This document shows, one piece after another, positions 49,393 through 59,557 of a DNA stretch of 64,000 nt. The position numbers and the translations under genes are program-made. A model generated the notes under the pieces. The model had not been told where the DNA came from. It ran no database searches and saw only the letters and a program-made list of their open reading frames with translations. Position 1 is the first letter of the stretch. Every line of letters begins with the position of its first letter. Origin of the DNA: a bacterium (GTDB lineage: Bacteria > UBA8248 > JACPRG01 > G963555815); NCBI GenBank assembly GCA_965218795.1, contig OZ244653.1, forward strand, positions 320,001 through 384,000, given 5' to 3'.

Positions 49393-50792
49393 CGGGTGTG
49401 TTCCTGTCCGCGAGTCCCGCCCGGCATGCGCCTGCGCCGCTGGCCTTCCATCGGGAGCGGATGCAGGATGCCGACCGTACGGTTCTCGACAACGAGATAT
49501 TTTTTGGCCACTCGCTGGACGTCTTCGGCCGTGACTGTTGCAATCTTGGGGAGGTACTCGTCCAGCCAGCGCCATGACCCCGCAATCTCCGAACGGCCCA
49601 GGGACATGGCCCGGTAAAATTGCGAGTCCAGGCGAATCACGTATTCCGCAGCGAGGCGGCGCTTGATCCGGTTCATCTCGGCCGCGGTGGGCGGCTCGTG
49701 CTTGAGCTTTTCGACCTGTTCCCAGATATCGACTTCAACCTCCTGGACTTGGACGCCCGGCGCGGGCTGGGCATACACCGTAAACAGGTCCGGGTCGATT
49801 GAAATTCCCGGATGTCCCGCACCAATGGATATGACCTTCTGCTTCTCCCGCTGGATGACCCGATCGAGTCGGGCGGCCCGGCTGCCTCCCAGGATCTCTC
49901 CAAGGACGTCGAGCGCATACGAATCGTCGTTCTTGTAGGAAGGCACATGAAAGGCCGCCGCGAAGTAGGGGAGCCGGGCGGGACGCTTTACCTGGATGCG
50001 CCGCTCTCCCTTTTGCGCGGGCTCCCTTGACGTCACCGGCGGGGGAGCCGGTCCGCGGGGGACGGGGCCGAAATGTTTCCGGATTTGTCCGAGGATCTTC
50101 TCCTCCTGGAAATCCCCGACCGCAACGATGAATGCGTTGTTGGGAGCGTAATAAGTGCGGTAAAAATCCTTGGCCTCCTTCACGGTCAATCGCTGGATGT
50201 CCGTTTCCCATCCGATGACCGGATAACCATATGGGTGGGCCTGGAAAGCGGCTCCCCGGAGGTTTTCCCAAAGGAGGGAGTTCGGCTGGTCGTCAACGCG
50301 CCGCCGGCGTTCCTCCTGCACGACGTTCCGTTCAAGCAGGAACTCCTTCGGGTCCAGGAGGAGGTTCTTCATCCGGTCCGCCTCCAACTCGATGGCGACC
50401 TCCACCCGAGCGGCAGCGATTCGTTCGAAGTAGGCGGTGTAATCCTGGCTCGTGAAGGCGTTGTGCCGCCCGCCGTTTCGCTGGACGATGTTGGAAAATG
50501 CCTTGGCCCCGTATTTCGGTGTCCCCTTGAACATCATGTGCTCGAGGAGGTGGGCGAGACCGGTCCTGCCGGGCAGCTCGTTCCGCGCGCCCACTCGATA
50601 CCAGATCATGAACGTCACGACGGGCGCTCGGGAATCCCTAAGTAGAAGAACCTTTAATCCGTTGGAGAGCGTTTCCTCCTTCACTTTCCAGGGGACTTTT
50701 GGGATGGCCCCTACTGAGAACGCCTGAGCCGTGCTCAGAAAAAATCCGGTGGCCACCAACAGAAGGGCGGTGAACAAAAGCTTTCTTTTCAT
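49389..50792 (-). CDS. M16 family zinc peptidase, catalytic subunit (secreted)
   Basis: GLAHLLEHMMFKGT, NAFTS.DYT.Y, YYAPNNA; signal peptide. Confidence 0.93.
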   Translation of the reverse strand: MKRKLLFTALLLVATGFFLSTAQAFSVGAIPKVPWKVKEETLSNGLKVLLLRDSRAPVVTFMIWYRVGARNELPGRTGLAHLLEHMMFKGTPKYGAKAFSNIVQRNGGRHNAFTSQDYTAYFERIAAARVEVAIELEADRMKNLLLDPKEFLLERNVVQEERRRRVDDQPNSLLWENLRGAAFQAHPYGYPVIGWETDIQRLTVKEAKDFYRTYYAPNNAFIVAVGDFQEEKILGQIRKHFGPVPRGPAPPPVTSREPAQKGERRIQVKRPARLPYFAAAFHVPSYKNDDSYALDVLGEILGGSRAARLDRVIQREKQKVISIGAGHPGISIDPDLFTVYAQPAPGVQVQEVEVDIWEQVEKLKHEPPTAAEMNRIKRRLAAEYVIRLDSQFYRAMSLGRSEIAGSWRWLDEYLPKIATVTAEDVQRVAKKYLVVENRTVGILHPLPMEGQRRRRMPGGTRGQEHTR

Positions 50793-50968
50793 CCTGGACG
50801 CCTCAATTCCGCAAGCTGACAGGAAGCAGGGCCTGATCCCCGATTTTTGACTCTGCTTGGAAGATATAGACTATGAAGTGAGGAGTCGCAAGGGTGGAAT
50901 GACCGCATGCAGGCGATGGCACAGTGCGGGAGTTGGCGCGCGAACTGTGCCAACGTATCGGAGACCTG

Positions 50969-51103
50969 CCCCCGAGTGTTTTAGTCGGGAAATGGATTTC
51001 CGCTTGCGCAGGAATGACAGAAGCAGGACCATGCAGACCCCCCCCGTCTTATCATTCCCACCCCCGACGAAAGCCTTCGGGGACAGGCTGCGGCGGGAAT
51101 CCA
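50969..51103. repeat. Cluster of palindromic intergenic repeats (GTCATTCC..GGAATCCA type)
   Basis: TGGATTTCCGCTTGCGCAGGAATGAC at 50993-51018; TCATTCCC...GCGGGAATCCA at 51052-51103 with a nested CCCCGA..TCGGGG hairpin; related hairpin at 4211-4235. Confidence 0.65.
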
Positions 51104-51486
51104 CACCGAACGACCCCATCCGGGATATCGAAACCAGGGCCGAAGGCCCATCGAAACCATCAGCCTGCTCGTTAGCCAAGATGGTTAAGAAGACAGTTTT
51201 TTTAGGTTTTTAAACAGACGAAGACCTGGCCACTCCTTCCACCTTCTTCATTACACTGATCGGCCATGCCTTTGGAAAACAGAACAGTCATCTTTACAGA
51301 GTCTTGGCCGTTTTTCGAAAGGAGATTGAATGAATGCGATTTTCTTGCAAGATCAGCGAAAGAACATTGGCTTGGCAATATCCCTTCCCGTGATACGATT
51401 TTCCGAGAAGGGGATGTGAGTACCACGAAAAAACGAAAGTATGGGTTCCACCGGATAAGAACGAGAAACGGAAGGGAGAGCCGGAA

Positions 51487-52158
51487 ATGAGCATTTTCCT
51501 CTTATTGCTCATCATCGCTGTGTTGATGGTAGTCGTACGATCCGGGGCGATCGCCCTGGAACTCACAGGGGTTCCCAAGACCATTGCCCGGTTTCAAGCT
51601 CTTTCCGCACTGACCGGCACGGGATTCACGACCCGTGAGGCGGAGACGGTCGTCCAACATCCGTTACGCCGGCGGATCATTTCCGTCCTGATGATTGTGG
51701 GCAACATCGGGGTTGTCACCATAGTCTCCACTTTCGTGATTGCGCTTCAGGGCGGAGGCCCGATTCGGCCATCCATCAACCTCATCATCCTGGGAATCGG
51801 AGTCTATGTGTTTTATCGTCTCGCAACACACAGGCGGTTTCTTTCGATCATCTCGATTTGGATCCGACGAAAGCTGAAAGAGGCGTTGCCGCTGGAAACG
51901 GATGTTCTCGTCGATGAAGTAATGCATCAAGGATTGGGATTCGGGATATCCAGATTAACTATCAGCGGGAATTCAGGGATCGCAGGGAAGACCGTGGAAG
52001 AGTCGGGAATCCGGGAACAGGAGGCGATCATTCTGTCCATCGAGCGGGACGGGGCTTTCATTCCGGTCCCCAAGGCTGCCCGGCAAATCGAAGAAGGAGA
52101 CCGTCTGCTTTGCTACGGAAGGACAGAGTCTTTGCGGCGATTGGTCGAGACGGCCTGA
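51487..52158 (+). CDS. Membrane protein with C-terminal TrkA-C (RCK-C) domain
   Basis: ARFQALSALTGTGFTTREAE...HPLRRRI; C-terminal ILSIERDG.FIPVP....IEEGD. Confidence 0.85.
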   Translation: MSIFLLLLIIAVLMVVVRSGAIALELTGVPKTIARFQALSALTGTGFTTREAETVVQHPLRRRIISVLMIVGNIGVVTIVSTFVIALQGGGPIRPSINLIILGIGVYVFYRLATHRRFLSIISIWIRRKLKEALPLETDVLVDEVMHQGLGFGISRLTISGNSGIAGKTVEESGIREQEAIILSIERDGAFIPVPKAARQIEEGDRLLCYGRTESLRRLVETA

Positions 52159-52391
52159 CTTCCTCCGCCCCGCCCACCGTTCAATTCTAGACCTCATGCA
52201 GAACCCGATGGCATTGCATACCGAACCCCTGGTCCAGCTGCATCACTGCGAGTCTCTGGACAAAGAGCCGTCTTCTTCGGTCGGGCCATTCGGCGATGTC
52301 AGACTGAGCGGCTGAGACGAAGACAAAGGGCGGTAAACTGAAAATCCAGTAAAGCGTATTATCCATTGAATGCCTGACACGTCCTGCCTCA

Positions 52392-55037
52392 TCAACCCGT
52401 GTTCCGCATGCCTGCCGCTATGCCGTTGATGGTGACCAGCAGGGCGTTCTGGAGCTGCAGGTCGTCTTGGGAGGTACGGAGGCGGTGAAGCACCTCCACT
52501 TGAACGATGTTGATGGGGTCGACGTAAGGGTTTCTCACATCAATCGAACGCCGGAGGACCGGGTTGGTTTCCAGAAGGTGTTGATGGTCGGTCACTTCCA
52601 GGACGGCCTGAACCGTGTCGTGGAAACGTGCCCGAAGAGCCTCCCCAGAGGCCCTGAGCCCCCTGGGGACCAGACGCTCGTCGTAGCGGGCCGCGATCTG
52701 CACGTCCGCCTTGGCGAGTGCCATCTCAATGAGGTCGATCGTGGACCGAAAGAACGGCCAGTCTCGGTACATCTCCCGTAATCCTTCCCTGTTTCCATTC
52801 GCGATCGCGTCCTGGAGCACCTCGCCCACGCCGAGCCAGGAGGGGAGCATCAGCCGGTTCTGGGTCCACGCAAAATTCCAGGGGATAGCGCGCAACGAAA
52901 GAATCCCCTTGTCGGCCTTCCGGCGGCCCGGCCGACTCCCGATGTTCAGATGTTCAAACTCGCCCTCGGGCGTGGCGGCATGGAAATAGGCCGGAAAATC
53001 GGGGTCTTCGTAGACGACGTTCCGGTATTGTTTCATGGCCTTTGTCGAAAGCCTCTCCATCCTCTTTCTCCAGACTTCCGAAGGGGGCTTGGGAGGCACT
53101 AAGGTCGCCTCCGTTACGGCCGAGGTGTATATCTCGAGGGTGCGCAGGGCGATTCCCAGCAGGCCGAACTTGCTCTGAATGACCTCGCCTTGTTCCGTCA
53201 CGCGAAGCCGGGCGTTCACGGAACCGGGCGCCTGGGAGAGGATGGCCCCGTGGGCCGGCCCGCCACCCCGTCCAATGGTCCCTCCCCGACCGTGGAAGAG
53301 CGTGAACTCGACACGGTGTTTCCGGCAGGTCGCCACGACCTGTTCCTGCGCCTTGTACAACTCCCACCCGGCCGTGAGAAGGCCAGCTTCTTTGGCCGAA
53401 TCGGAATACCCGATCATGACCTGGACGTCGTCTTGGACCAGGGCCCGGTAGACCGGGATCGACAGCAGGCGATCCAGAGTTTTCTCTGCGGCACGCAGGG
53501 CATTCATGGATTCAAACAGGGGGACGACCTGCATCGGATGACGGATTCCGGTGTAGCGTATCAGGTACTCGACGGCAAGGATGTCCGAGGGCCGATGGGC
53601 CATGGAGATGATGTAAGAGCCCAGCGATTCCTGGTTGAGATTAGCGGCCACGAAGAAGGTCTCGAAAACATCGCGGACGTGATCCTCCATGTCAACGGTG
53701 AGCCGAGAGGGGGCAGGTCCCTGTTCGAGCTGTTGCACCAGAAACTCGGTTCGCTTCTCCTCATCCCAGGACGCGTAGGAGCCCAGACCCAGGGATTGCG
53801 TGACGGCGTCCATGGCTTCGGTGTGCCTTCCCGCTTCCTGGCGCAGTTCAAGTCGCACCAAGGATAGGCCGAAGCAGTTCAGCCTCCGGATCAGATCCAG
53901 CAGGCGCCCGTCGGCTATGATGCCTGCGCCCGTCTCCTGAAGCGAGCGATAGCAAAGTAGGAGGGGCTCCGCCAATTCGTCTGAAATTTCATAACCCTCC
54001 GAATCCAAACCCGTTTTATCCGCGATCTGCTTTTCCGCGTTCTCCAGGGTGACCTGCAGACGCCTCCTGACCTCGCGGAGCAGTGTCCGGTAGGGCTCCC
54101 GCGAGGCGCCGACGCGCTTTCGTAACTCGTCGCTGCATTTCACGAGGGAGAGTTCACCCAGTAGGGCCTGCACCTCCCGGGAGTACAGATCCGCTGCGAT
54201 CCATCGGGCCAGGCCGCAGACCTGCCGGGTCACCTCCGGCGTGACGTTCGGGTTCCCGTCCCGGTCCCCGCCTATCCACGAACCGAAGCGGATGGGCGCG
54301 GCGTGGAGGGGGAGGGGACTCCCTGTGTGCTTTCGCAGGCAGGTCTCCAGGGTACGAAGGAAGGCGGGAATTGCGTCCCAGAGGGTTTGCTCGAAATAAT
54401 ACAGTCCGCCCCGGGCCTCATCCAGGGGCGTGGGTCTCTCCCCTCGAATCTCCTCGGTCAGCCAGATGGAGAGAATGGTTCTCCGGATCCCCTCCAGCAG
54501 GCCCTCCCTCCGTGGTTCGGTCAAGTCTTGCCGGTCGAGCTCGCCGAGGGCGGTCGCGATCTGGTTGTGTTTTTGCAGGAGGGTTCTCCGCGTGATCTCG
54601 GTGGGATGACCCGTGAGGACCAGCTCGATGTTCAGCTTGCAGATGATGGAGTGCAGCCTCTCAGGGGGGATTCCAGAGGCAATCAGCCGGCCGAAGGACT
54701 CCTCACACGAGCCCGACTGGGGTCTTTCAGTGGAATCCCGCCGGTAATCCCGACGTCTTCGGACCCGGTGGTGCTGCTCCGCGATGTTGGCCAAATTCAG
54801 AAAATGGGAAAACGCCCGGGCCACGGAAAGCGCCTTTCCGACCGGAAGGGAGGAAAGAATCCCGATCAACCGGGCATTGTCTTCGTCATGTCCTTCCCGG
54901 GCCCCCTTGGACAGAGCCCGAACGGATTCAACGGTTTGAAACAGGTCATCGCCCTCTTGTCCGCGAAGGATATCACCCAACAAGGCCCCCAGGAGGCGAA
55001 CGTCACTGCGGAGCCGGGCATCGGTGGTCTGGTTCAT
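52392..55037 (-). CDS. ppc: Phosphoenolpyruvate carboxylase
   Basis: GSWIGGDRDGNP, VMIGYSDS, FHGRGGTIGRGG, LRAIPW, GMRNTG C-terminus. Confidence 0.97.
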   Translation of the reverse strand: MNQTTDARLRSDVRLLGALLGDILRGQEGDDLFQTVESVRALSKGAREGHDEDNARLIGILSSLPVGKALSVARAFSHFLNLANIAEQHHRVRRRRDYRRDSTERPQSGSCEESFGRLIASGIPPERLHSIICKLNIELVLTGHPTEITRRTLLQKHNQIATALGELDRQDLTEPRREGLLEGIRRTILSIWLTEEIRGERPTPLDEARGGLYYFEQTLWDAIPAFLRTLETCLRKHTGSPLPLHAAPIRFGSWIGGDRDGNPNVTPEVTRQVCGLARWIAADLYSREVQALLGELSLVKCSDELRKRVGASREPYRTLLREVRRRLQVTLENAEKQIADKTGLDSEGYEISDELAEPLLLCYRSLQETGAGIIADGRLLDLIRRLNCFGLSLVRLELRQEAGRHTEAMDAVTQSLGLGSYASWDEEKRTEFLVQQLEQGPAPSRLTVDMEDHVRDVFETFFVAANLNQESLGSYIISMAHRPSDILAVEYLIRYTGIRHPMQVVPLFESMNALRAAEKTLDRLLSIPVYRALVQDDVQVMIGYSDSAKEAGLLTAGWELYKAQEQVVATCRKHRVEFTLFHGRGGTIGRGGGPAHGAILSQAPGSVNARLRVTEQGEVIQSKFGLLGIALRTLEIYTSAVTEATLVPPKPPSEVWRKRMERLSTKAMKQYRNVVYEDPDFPAYFHAATPEGEFEHLNIGSRPGRRKADKGILSLRAIPWNFAWTQNRLMLPSWLGVGEVLQDAIANGNREGLREMYRDWPFFRSTIDLIEMALAKADVQIAARYDERLVPRGLRASGEALRARFHDTVQAVLEVTDHQHLLETNPVLRRSIDVRNPYVDPINIVQVEVLHRLRTSQDDLQLQNALLVTINGIAAGMRNTG

Positions 55038-55331
55038 CGCGATCTAGGGCAATCGAGTTCGGTCTATGCCTGGACAGGCGGGAACAATCTCAATGACAGG
55101 CTATCGGAGGTTCGATCGGGAGGCAACTGACCTTTTATCTTGTTTCCGAGTCAGACTGGAAGGGGTAGGCTGTCTGAGGAAGAAAGGGGGTCGGCATGAG
55201 CAGGAAGAAATCGAAAACAATCGTCTCTGCCCGGCGTGTGTCGAGGTTCTGGCGGCGGCAGAGACGTCGCCGTCCTCGTTTCCTGAAAACGGACGGACCC
55301 GGGGCCCTGCCATCGGCGGCCTCGGAATCTG

Positions 55332-56138
55332 TCACCAGGCCAGCCAGCCTCCGTCCACTGGGAGGATGTGCCCGGTGACCAGTCCGGATGCCGCAGAGAC
55401 GAGAAAGATCGCCGCCCCCTTGAGCTCATCAGGCATTCCGATCCGCTGCATGGGCATCCGCTCGTTGACGTGCTCTCGAAAGGCGTCGCCCCAAAGAGGA
55501 GATTCCTCGCCCCCCAGGTCGGTCTTGAAGACGCCCGGGGCGATTGCGTTGACGCGAATCCCATCCTTCGCCCATTCCACCGCGAGCTGGCGGGTCAGAT
55601 TGGCGACGGCTCCCTTGGAGGCGGCATAGGCCGCCACGGGAAAGCTGGGGCCTGCCGCCAGTCCCCAAATCGAGCTGATGTTGACGATGCTGCCGCCTCC
55701 TCGCGCCTTCAGGTGGGGATAGACCGCTTGGCTGCACCAGAAAACACCGTCCAGGTTGATGGACATGAGGGTTCGCCAGTGATCGACCGGCATGTCCTGG
55801 GCGGGGTAGGGGCCGTTGTGTGTCCGGCTTCCAACGCCCGCATTGTTGATGAGGATGTCGATCCCCCCCAGCGAGTCGGCGATCTCGTTCATCGTGGAGA
55901 ACACGTCATCCCGATCCGAGACGTCCACGAGATGGAGGTGGGCGGCGTATCCTTCATCTTGAAGTGTCTGGACGCTCGTCCGGCCTTCTTCCTCCAGGCG
56001 GTCGGCCAGGACGACCTCCGCGCCCGCTTCAGCCAGCCCCGTGGCCATTCCCAGGCCCAGCCCCCTGGCGCCGCCCGTGACGATTGCGACCTTGCCCTTC
56101 AAACTGAAGATTTCAGGAAACGAATGCGGTGAGGACAT
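55332..56138 (-). CDS. SDR family oxidoreductase (KduD/Gno-like)
   Basis: TGGARGLG, NNAG, YAASK, VDGGW. Confidence 0.92.
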   Translation of the reverse strand: MSSPHSFPEIFSLKGKVAIVTGGARGLGLGMATGLAEAGAEVVLADRLEEEGRTSVQTLQDEGYAAHLHLVDVSDRDDVFSTMNEIADSLGGIDILINNAGVGSRTHNGPYPAQDMPVDHWRTLMSINLDGVFWCSQAVYPHLKARGGGSIVNISSIWGLAAGPSFPVAAYAASKGAVANLTRQLAVEWAKDGIRVNAIAPGVFKTDLGGEESPLWGDAFREHVNERMPMQRIGMPDELKGAAIFLVSAASGLVTGHILPVDGGWLAW

Positions 56139-56433
56139 GGATGTTCATCCTTCCAGCCGTGGCTTGATGAATCGAGCGAGCTCGATTCGGGTGAATTGGG
56201 TCCACAATGTCTCTTTCCTCGAAGTATAGCGCATCGGACATCAGGACGGGCGCTTCATGTCTTTCTACGAATTCGCCATTCCCGATATGGCGCGGGGATG
56301 CCTGGTGCCGGTTGCGGGACACTGCGTTCGGTCAAGCGGATTTTCCACTTGGTCCATGAATGCGCCGGTCGATTGGACAATCAATTCTGCTACGCGTTAC
56401 ACTGCGTCATCACGTCACAGAGGAGGACATTGG

Positions 56434-57102
56434 ATGGTCATGGACAGTGCCGATTTCGCCAAGAAGATGATCAAGCGGGCGGAAGAATTCGCGGCGATCA
56501 TGCAGGACAACGTGTATCAGGACCGGACCCCTTTGTCCGAGGAGCGCACGATCGGCTTGCTGAAATCCCAAATGTACCGAGAGTATTATCTTGGCGTCCT
56601 CCCTCCCTCCAAACAACTGATCATGATCCCTGACTCGGAGGTGGAGTTGAAGGTTCTGATCACCCGTCAGTTGTGCGAGGAGTTTCTCCATTACCGGGTG
56701 CTCTCCGAACGGCTGGAGGAGATGGGAGCCAACGGGAGTTTGAGCGCGTATGACCCCCTCCCGCAGGACTTGGGCATGTACCGCCTCACCTTCGAGTATC
56801 AGACGCCCTGGGAAATTGCGGCCTCCCTCCAGGTCTTCGGCGAGACCATCCTGATCACGAGCCAGAAGTGGATGATCGATGTCGTCGATGAGCGGAGCGC
56901 AAAAATCATGCGGGACGAGATCCTGGTTCATGAGGGGACGCACGTCCGGAACGGGAGGCTGGTCCTGGAGAGGTACGCGACGACGGAAGACATCCAGCGG
57001 CGCGTGGAGGAGATTGGCGATATCAAATATCAGCAGATCTGCAAATCGTACGGTCTGTCCATGCTCAAGTCGTTCGACATGGCGGCCGGCCAGGGGGCCT
57101 GA
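56434..57102 (+). CDS. Ferritin-like (di-iron four-helix bundle) protein
   Basis: RBS AGGAGG; two ExxH motifs (EEFLH, HEGTH) with an intervening Glu (FGE). Confidence 0.7.
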   Translation: MVMDSADFAKKMIKRAEEFAAIMQDNVYQDRTPLSEERTIGLLKSQMYREYYLGVLPPSKQLIMIPDSEVELKVLITRQLCEEFLHYRVLSERLEEMGANGSLSAYDPLPQDLGMYRLTFEYQTPWEIAASLQVFGETILITSQKWMIDVVDERSAKIMRDEILVHEGTHVRNGRLVLERYATTEDIQRRVEEIGDIKYQQICKSYGLSMLKSFDMAAGQGA

Positions 57103-57147
57103 TAGCCATCCCGGAGGATGAAGGTCATCGATGGAGGAGGCCGATTC

Positions 57148-57783
57148 ATGTACAAAGCCCCGGACGATCTGGAAGATTACCTGAGAAAACTCTTTCGGGG
57201 GGTGCTGACAAACGCGCAGCGGCTGTCCAGGGACGCCGTGTCCCTGTTTGAGCAGGGGGGCTACCCGTCGGCTCAGTTCCTCGCGCTCAGCGCTATGGAA
57301 GAGATGGCGAAGCTCCAGGTGCTCCGGCAGCCTTTCATCTACGTCCGTTCGGAAGAAGATATGGAGAAAGCCCTCGGCGACCTGGCGTCCAGGCTCGCCG
57401 AGCATCGGGAGAAGACGACCACCTGGTTTCAGGCGGCTCCTTATATGGACGTCGAAGACCCCAAGGAGTGGGCTCACGTGGTGGATATGGTCTCCCGCAT
57501 GGTCCGAACCTGGGGCCGCGACGAGTTGATTCATAAGCGGCTGTCCAGCCTCAGCGTGGATTCAGACGTATCCGCCAGGGAGGTTTCCAGTCCGCCCGCT
57601 GCCGTGACGAGAGTCGATGCGTACTACTTCATTTGCGCCGCGCAGGAGATGATCGTCGATTACGGGGACAAAGCGGTGGACCCCTTCCCCCTTGAGGGCG
57701 CAGACCCGTTTGAGAGCTTTGAGCTATGGAAGTCGGCGGACGAGGCATTGAAGGACTTCATGCGCAGGCATGCTGTCCGCTGA
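57148..57783 (+). CDS. AbiV-family (HEPN) protein
   Basis: NAQRLSRDAVSL...AQFLALSAMEEMAK, HREK, R-x5-VD; RBS GGAGGAGG. Confidence 0.7.
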   Translation: MYKAPDDLEDYLRKLFRGVLTNAQRLSRDAVSLFEQGGYPSAQFLALSAMEEMAKLQVLRQPFIYVRSEEDMEKALGDLASRLAEHREKTTTWFQAAPYMDVEDPKEWAHVVDMVSRMVRTWGRDELIHKRLSSLSVDSDVSAREVSSPPAAVTRVDAYYFICAAQEMIVDYGDKAVDPFPLEGADPFESFELWKSADEALKDFMRRHAVR

Positions 57784-57958
57784 GCGAAGGCGGCCCGTCT
57801 GCGTTTCGTGCCGTCCCGATCGACAATCCATGACCCTTCCAGCCGGCCGGGTGCTCCGGCTTGGCCTTCCAACGACCGTCCGCTCTTGAACCGGCAGGTG
57901 AGAGCTTCCATTTCTTCTCGCACTTGGCGGCTCAGATGACCGGCAAGGATTTCTCTCG

Positions 57959-59521
57959 ATGAGCCCCATGCGGCCGATGATCGTTTGCAGGCGTGGCGCG
58001 GTGTCCGCGGGCGACCCACAGGCGGCTGCCGCCGGGTTGCGCGTCCTCATGGAGGGGGGCAACGCAGTGGACGCGGCCGTGGCCGCGGCTGCCGTGTTGA
58101 CGGTTGTCCATCCCCAAGCGTGCGGGATCGGCGGGGACGGCTTCATGCTCATCGGCGGGGAAGGGGGGGTGACCGGGATCAACGCCTGCGGACCCGCTCC
58201 TATGGCCACCGAGAAATCGTTGTATGCGGAAGAAATCCCTGAACACGGACCGCGATGCTCCACGGTCCCGGGTGTCGTGGACGGTTGGGCGAGGGCCCTT
58301 GCGGACTATGGAACCATGTCCCTCGCCGATGTTCTTGCGCCCGCAATCGACTTTGCCGAGGCGGGATTCCCCGTCCACCCGCGTTTCACTGAGTGGCTCA
58401 ATCGGAGCGGCGGGACTCTGATGGAGGGAGGCGCGCATGATTCTCCTTTCATGCCCGGGGGCGGGATTCCGAAACTGGGCACATTAGTCCGTCAACCGGA
58501 ACTGGGAGATTGCCTTCGCGCCATCTCAGAGGGAGGACGGGACGCCTATTACAAAGGGGAGGTGGCCCGACGGCTTGTCTCCGGGATTTGCGAAGCGGGT
58601 GGATATTTCTCCGAGGAGGATCTCGCATCCTACGCCTGCCGGGTCGTAGAGCCCCTAAGCGTCCCGTATCGGGACGTGACGCTCTGCCAGGTACCGCCCA
58701 ACTCCTGGGGCCTTCTGATGCTCATGCAGCTCCGCGTCCTCAACGGACTGGACGTGCCCGCTATGGGCCACAACTCGGCCCAACTGCTCCACTGGCTGAT
58801 CGAGACCCAGAGGGTCTGTTTCGCCTCGGGCCGGCCGCACATCGCCGACCCCGACTTTTCGGATATCCCTGTGGATCGATTGTTGTCAGAAGAACACGCC
58901 AAGGAACTTCGCGATTCGATTGATCCGCAAAGTGCGGGCGGAACGGCCCCGGGCGAGCCCAAGGGGGGAACGTCCTACGTCACGGCCATGGACGACCGGG
59001 GTCATGCCGTCTCACACATATTGAGCGTGTTTCATCCGTTCGGGTCGGGTTTTATCCCAAAGGGAACCGGAATTCTGATGAACAACCGTCTCTCCGGGTT
59101 CACGCTGGAGGCGGGACATCCCAACGAACTGGCCCCGGGCAAGCGGCCTGCTCACACGCTGAGCCCGGCGATGGCGGTGAAAGACGGAAGGCCCTTCCTC
59201 TCCTTTGGGACTCCCGGGGCGGCCGCACAAACCGTCACCCTGACTCAGCTTGTCATCAATATGGTGGATTTCGGGATGGACGTTCAGACGGCCATCGAGG
59301 CGCCCCGGTGGGCAGTCGACCGGGCGGGAAACCGGTTGGTCGAAGACAGGATGGACCCTTCCGTCCGGAATGAGCTGGAAGCCATGGGCCATGATTTCAT
59401 TCCCTCGGACAGCAGCCCCTTGATGTTCGGATCGGCCAAGATTGTGATGCGTGATCCCGAGACGGGGACGCTTTTCGCCGGCGCGGACTTCCGACGGTAC
59501 GGTTACGCGGTGGGGTATTAG
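57959..59521 (+). CDS. ggt: Gamma-glutamyltransferase (cytoplasmic YwrD-like)
   Basis: GGNAVDAAVA, CGIGGDGF, VPG, autocleavage site GGTS, PGKRPAHTLSP. Confidence 0.92.
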   Translation: MSPMRPMIVCRRGAVSAGDPQAAAAGLRVLMEGGNAVDAAVAAAAVLTVVHPQACGIGGDGFMLIGGEGGVTGINACGPAPMATEKSLYAEEIPEHGPRCSTVPGVVDGWARALADYGTMSLADVLAPAIDFAEAGFPVHPRFTEWLNRSGGTLMEGGAHDSPFMPGGGIPKLGTLVRQPELGDCLRAISEGGRDAYYKGEVARRLVSGICEAGGYFSEEDLASYACRVVEPLSVPYRDVTLCQVPPNSWGLLMLMQLRVLNGLDVPAMGHNSAQLLHWLIETQRVCFASGRPHIADPDFSDIPVDRLLSEEHAKELRDSIDPQSAGGTAPGEPKGGTSYVTAMDDRGHAVSHILSVFHPFGSGFIPKGTGILMNNRLSGFTLEAGHPNELAPGKRPAHTLSPAMAVKDGRPFLSFGTPGAAAQTVTLTQLVINMVDFGMDVQTAIEAPRWAVDRAGNRLVEDRMDPSVRNELEAMGHDFIPSDSSPLMFGSAKIVMRDPETGTLFAGADFRRYGYAVGY

Positions 59522-59557
59522 GGCAGATACGGGGGCAGATACGGGAGGATCAGCTTC

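Noticed and set aside
59521-59546. 13-bp tandem duplication GGGCAGATACGGG between ggt and the M20 gene
   Set aside because: Only two units with no spacer; likely a slippage duplication, not CRISPR or a VNTR
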